Shown here one piece after another: positions 60,297-64,000 of a stretch of 64,000 nucleotides of DNA. This stretch comes from a virus (taxonomy: Duplodnaviria; Caudoviricetes). Below the pieces are notes generated by a model. The model was not told where the DNA came from, made no database searches, and worked only from the letters and a program-made list of their open reading frames with translations. Position 1 is the first letter of the stretch. Each line of letters begins with the position of its first letter. The stretch spans positions 29,466 through 93,465 of the IMG/VR virus record IMGVR_UViG_3300010311_001094. One strand, written 5' to 3'. A program made the translations under genes and the position numbers.

Positions 60297-61508
60297 ATGT
60301 CAGTTAATGAAAAATTCACAACTATAACGGATAAAAAAGAAATTGAGCAAAATTGCTTAAATATTGCTATAGAACAATGTCTGGCACAAAAAGGAGAATC
60401 CAAGAAAATAGGAATTCTCTTATCTGGCTCAGATGTTCCGCGAGAAACAAAAGAACGCCCTGACTTTGTAAGATTGAGTGAGTCTCATAAGAAAGGAATA
60501 AGAGGCACAGTAATTGGTATCGAGCATTTTCGAGTAGATCTTTTTTCAAAGCCCAAAAAGGGAAACAAGGTTCAATCCCTTGGCATCATGCATCAAAAAG
60601 ATATAGCATCTTTCTATGAAAAGTGGCATCAAACCATTCAGACTACAGATCATGTATCTGAAGAAGTCATTCAGGATTTGTGCGATATATTGATGAAACA
60701 TTATCGTCAAACTGAAAAGACAAACTTTCAGTCCTTGATGCTCAGCTTTCGTCATGCATTAGCCGAACATACAAAGAGTATACCGGTTTATGATGAAAAT
60801 ATAAGGAAAATCGCAAGCAATTACAATTGCGAACATAAGCTTGCTTTTTTAATAGAGATCCACTCCGATTTTCCTAACCTGTTTTTCCATGATCACAATA
60901 AGGTCAGATTATATGACAACCCGATAGTGCTAATGTTTGAACAAATCGTTAGTTTACTTGAGGCAGTTGATAAGCGTGTAGACTACCTCATACTATGTTT
61001 CGGAAATCTTCATTATACCAACGTGGAAGTTATACCGCTGCGTGCTCATAATATTCGGAGAGAATTAAAGAAACGCCATATTCCCATCTATCATTACTGT
61101 GGACATGATGTATTTTTGCATCAATCAGAATCCTTCGTGGAAAACTTTGATCTCAAAATTGACCACGAAGAGGAAGATGGCGAAATAAAACTGCATATAA
61201 AGCCATCATACGAAACTGTTAGCCCAGAAGAAGAGATTAAATATATATGGACAGCTTTAAGAGATGCAATCCTACACTCTGATAAAGGTGAACCATTTGT
61301 TTTGAACACAATGGTTCAGGAACAGCTTGAAGTATATGCCCCGTATATTATTGGCTGGACAAAATCAAAAGATGATAATTGGAGCTATGAACCTATATTC
61401 GATAACTCAATTTATAGTCTTGACAAAGCCCAGCAGCAAGATAATTTTTTCAGAAAATGGAAATTGGATCAACACATAAATAACGAGTATGTGTTGAGGA
61501 CCGAGTAA
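60297..61508 (+). CDS. Low-GC hypothetical protein, PD-(D/E)xK-like nuclease candidate
   Basis: GGGGAGG RBS; ERPDF...IGIEHF. Confidence 0.6.
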   Translation: MSVNEKFTTITDKKEIEQNCLNIAIEQCLAQKGESKKIGILLSGSDVPRETKERPDFVRLSESHKKGIRGTVIGIEHFRVDLFSKPKKGNKVQSLGIMHQKDIASFYEKWHQTIQTTDHVSEEVIQDLCDILMKHYRQTEKTNFQSLMLSFRHALAEHTKSIPVYDENIRKIASNYNCEHKLAFLIEIHSDFPNLFFHDHNKVRLYDNPIVLMFEQIVSLLEAVDKRVDYLILCFGNLHYTNVEVIPLRAHNIRRELKKRHIPIYHYCGHDVFLHQSESFVENFDLKIDHEEEDGEIKLHIKPSYETVSPEEEIKYIWTALRDAILHSDKGEPFVLNTMVQEQLEVYAPYIIGWTKSKDDNWSYEPIFDNSIYSLDKAQQQDNFFRKWKLDQHINNEYVLRTE

Positions 61509-61573
61509 TCCCCCCCGAATTCGTATGTTCACAACTCTTGAAGTTGCAAACAATACGGAAGTAGGCATACAAT

Positions 61574-61900
61574 ATGAACTTACTATTCTTATGCAGCCAG
61601 AATAAACGCCGTTCCCTGACTGCCGAAAAGCTGTTTGACGGATACGAAGGTCACAGCGCACGCTCCGCCGGAACGGAGAATAATGCAAGAGTCAAAGTCA
61701 CGCCAGGACTGCTGGGATGGGCAGATATTATCTTTTGCATGGAGAAAAAGCACATCAGAAGGATTAAAGAGAAATACTCAGATATCATAGTAGATAAAAC
61801 TATCATCTGTCTGAACATCCCTGACGAATACTCTTACATGGACGATGACTTGTGTGAGCTGTTGGAGTCTGTTGTGCCGGAGTATCTTAGTAGTATTTGA
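61574..61900 (+). CDS. Low-molecular-weight protein-tyrosine phosphatase-like protein
   Basis: LFLCSQNKRRS (CX5R), SAGT, WADIIFCME, IPD. Confidence 0.85.
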   Translation: MNLLFLCSQNKRRSLTAEKLFDGYEGHSARSAGTENNARVKVTPGLLGWADIIFCMEKKHIRRIKEKYSDIIVDKTIICLNIPDEYSYMDDDLCELLESVVPEYLSSI

Positions 61901-61920
61901 CCACAGAAAGGAATTAGTTT

Positions 61921-62142
61921 ATGCCTGACAAAATCATCGACCGCGATACCTACCGCACCATAAAGAAGATGTCCCGTGAGGAGCTGCAAGCCTTTCTCAT
62001 ACGATATGCTGACGGTTTAAGAGAGGATGCACCTACGCTTGACCTGAGAGCGCTGGAGAAGGATATCAAGGGTGTGAAAGGTATCGGAGAGAAAAGAGCC
62101 GAGGCGATCATGCAGATCATAGAGCATCATCTTGGCGTATAA
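61921..62142 (+). CDS. Small helix-hairpin-helix protein
   Basis: IKGVKGIGEKRAEAI. Confidence 0.7.
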   Translation: MPDKIIDRDTYRTIKKMSREELQAFLIRYADGLREDAPTLDLRALEKDIKGVKGIGEKRAEAIMQIIEHHLGV

Positions 62143-62150
62143 CCACGGAG

Positions 62151-63503
62151 GTGATGAGTTTGGGCAACAAGTATTCTACCGTTGACACCAAAGACCTTGT
62201 AGCGACTATTGCCTATCTCATAGGAGTGAAAAAACACATTGTAGAGAAATGCTTCGATGCGGAATGTCATGAGCTTTTACAGACACTATACAGCTCCCAA
62301 CCGGCAACGACCATACGCTATCTCTGTAAGCTGCGGACAGCTCTGTTCCTGAAATACAAGAAAACTGACTATGAGATGCGGAACAATCTGAAGAACCTGA
62401 ACACGCTTGAATGGTACGATGCAGAGAACATCGCTCAGCTCGAAAAATGGGGCATCCCGATCATCAAGGCAAACTATCGCTCCGAAAAATATATGCTCGA
62501 CCTCAACAAGCTGATCGCCAACCACATAGACGATGTGGCAGCGTTGATTCCCGACTGGTGTGAATGGCAGTATATACGGGAATTGTTCGTCATACCGCAT
62601 TATAACAACCCTATTGCGCTGAAGCGTGAGTTTGAGAAGTATATGACGAGCAAGATGTACTACCCATTCCAGGTGTACATATACTGGACACCGTTTGACT
62701 GCGGTTCCATGCTGCTGTCCGACCGGAAGTTCCTGCAAATCATCTACGGACTGCATCATGACTCCTTTGAGGATCCCAGCAAATACCGAGATGCGACCGA
62801 GGAAACCAAGAACAATATCTACACATTCATTCGCAACAGCATGAGGACGGTCATAGCAGTAGACTGCGAGAATTCAGATGTTTATAAGCTGTATGCTACG
62901 CTGAGAAACCTCGACCAGAGTGAGCTGGATAAGATAGAGAGGATCTATCTGTACGATGACCACCACACGACTGTTGGATGGCAATGGCTCGATAAGTTTA
63001 CAGAGATACCTGTCGAACACATCCTGATAGACCGTGTCACGGAGCGAAAGAGCCTTGTTGATATTGTCATGACTGCCGGTGTCTGTCAGAGCCACTTTGC
63101 AGAGGGCATCGATAGCTTCATCCTCGTGTCCAGTGACTCGGACTTCTGGGGACTGATCACCTCGCTGCCGAACGCAAGGTTCCTCGTCATGTACGAATAC
63201 GAAAACTGTGGCAGAGCGATCAAAAATGCCCTTGAGGAGCATGATATCTACTATTGCGCTATCGACGACTTCTGTTCCGGTAATGCTGACGGCTTCAAGC
63301 GAGCGGTTCTGCTCGGTCTGTTGCAAAAGTATCTGCCGGATATACTGTACCTGAACGGTAAGGAGCTGGTTGAGCATCTTTACGAGGAAGCGTGGATTGA
63401 GGGCACGGAAAGTGAGAAGAAGCATTTCTATGATAGATATGTCAAAACACTGAGCCTGAAAGTTGACGGTGACGGAAACTTTACGGTTGAGGTGAAGAAA
63501 TAG
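62151..63503 (+). CDS. NYN/LabA-type PIN-fold ribonuclease domain protein
   Basis: VDCEN, KSLVD, VSSDSDF acidic motifs. Confidence 0.8.
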   Translation: MMSLGNKYSTVDTKDLVATIAYLIGVKKHIVEKCFDAECHELLQTLYSSQPATTIRYLCKLRTALFLKYKKTDYEMRNNLKNLNTLEWYDAENIAQLEKWGIPIIKANYRSEKYMLDLNKLIANHIDDVAALIPDWCEWQYIRELFVIPHYNNPIALKREFEKYMTSKMYYPFQVYIYWTPFDCGSMLLSDRKFLQIIYGLHHDSFEDPSKYRDATEETKNNIYTFIRNSMRTVIAVDCENSDVYKLYATLRNLDQSELDKIERIYLYDDHHTTVGWQWLDKFTEIPVEHILIDRVTERKSLVDIVMTAGVCQSHFAEGIDSFILVSSDSDFWGLITSLPNARFLVMYEYENCGRAIKNALEEHDIYYCAIDDFCSGNADGFKRAVLLGLLQKYLPDILYLNGKELVEHLYEEAWIEGTESEKKHFYDRYVKTLSLKVDGDGNFTVEVKK

Positions 63504-63517
63504 GAGTGTGATCTGCA

Positions 63518-64000
63518 ATGAAAAGAGTTCTCGTCAAATCTGTCCACGGAGCATTCGGCTATGTCATGGAGCATTATTATCCTTTTGGCATGGCCGATGA
63601 AGCCGCAGAGCAGGGAGCGCTGACCGATACATACGCAGTAATCTCGATTCAGGACAGTCACACAGGTGGCTTTGGTGTAAGATTTACAGAGAACCAGTTC
63701 TGCAAAGGCGTTCTTACGCTACTATTCGATGATATCGTAACAGAGATAGACGGAGCTGTTCTGTTCGATGATGATATGGCGGACCAGATCATCGACTTCA
63801 TCGAAAAGCACAGGAAGGCTGCTGACACGCTTTTAGTCCATTGCTATGCCGGTCAGTCACGATCCAGAGCCGTCGGAGCGTTTGCTGTAGAGATGCTCGG
63901 CGGCGACAATAGCAGATATTTTGAAGAAGGTACGCCCAATCAGTATATCTATGATGTGCTTGAGAGTGCATGGGTGAGAAAGCAACTGTGCAGGATGTGA
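63518..64000 (+). CDS. Dual-specificity/tyrosine phosphatase-family protein
   Basis: VISI, FDD, VHCYAGQSRS, PN. Confidence 0.85.
   Translation: MKRVLVKSVHGAFGYVMEHYYPFGMADEAAEQGALTDTYAVISIQDSHTGGFGVRFTENQFCKGVLTLLFDDIVTEIDGAVLFDDDMADQIIDFIEKHRKAADTLLVHCYAGQSRSRAVGAFAVEMLGGDNSRYFEEGTPNQYIYDVLESAWVRKQLCRM

Overview
Most of this window (about 1-50.2 kb, minus strand) is a temperate siphovirus-type prophage of a Firmicutes host; a Clostridia/Ruminococcaceae-like host is an inference from gene content. Reading right to left: a regulatory region (ImmA/IrrE-HTH fusion, operator array, sigma-region-4 protein); a replication module (Cas4-like nuclease, SSB, family-A DNA polymerase, VRR-NUC, SNF2 helicase, primase-helicase, iteron origin); metK; HNH and a probable cos; then about 17 kb of cargo between cos and terS; then HK97-type packaging, head and tail genes, with the tape measure running off the left edge. 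The cargo holds nrdDG, three DNA methyltransferases, a PAPS-reductase-like gene and an array of small genes, each behind a copy of one promoter module. TerL carries a Gln-initiated class 3 mini-intein, and the ClpP-type prohead protease is split by a complete group IIA intron. The plus-strand right part (50.6-64 kb) is an accessory island: an Xre/S24 plus Y-family polymerase mutagenesis cassette, a type I R-M system, a nuclease-like orphan and a phosphatase-HhH-NYN-phosphatase cluster. Most notable: (1) eight copies of a promoter module, most with a fixed-spacing TRYACAA-N26-TTCTG dyad, driving the small-gene array, with one copy inserted in inverted orientation 6.5 kb away; (2) a multi-TRD C5 methyltransferase with a nested out-of-frame EcoHK31I-beta-like gene; (3) a 47-bp duplicated element that probably serves as the phage sigma promoter; (4) four point lesions suggesting decay or assembly error. 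I saw no integrase, att site, tRNA, rRNA or CRISPR array. Family names come from motif recognition, not database searches.
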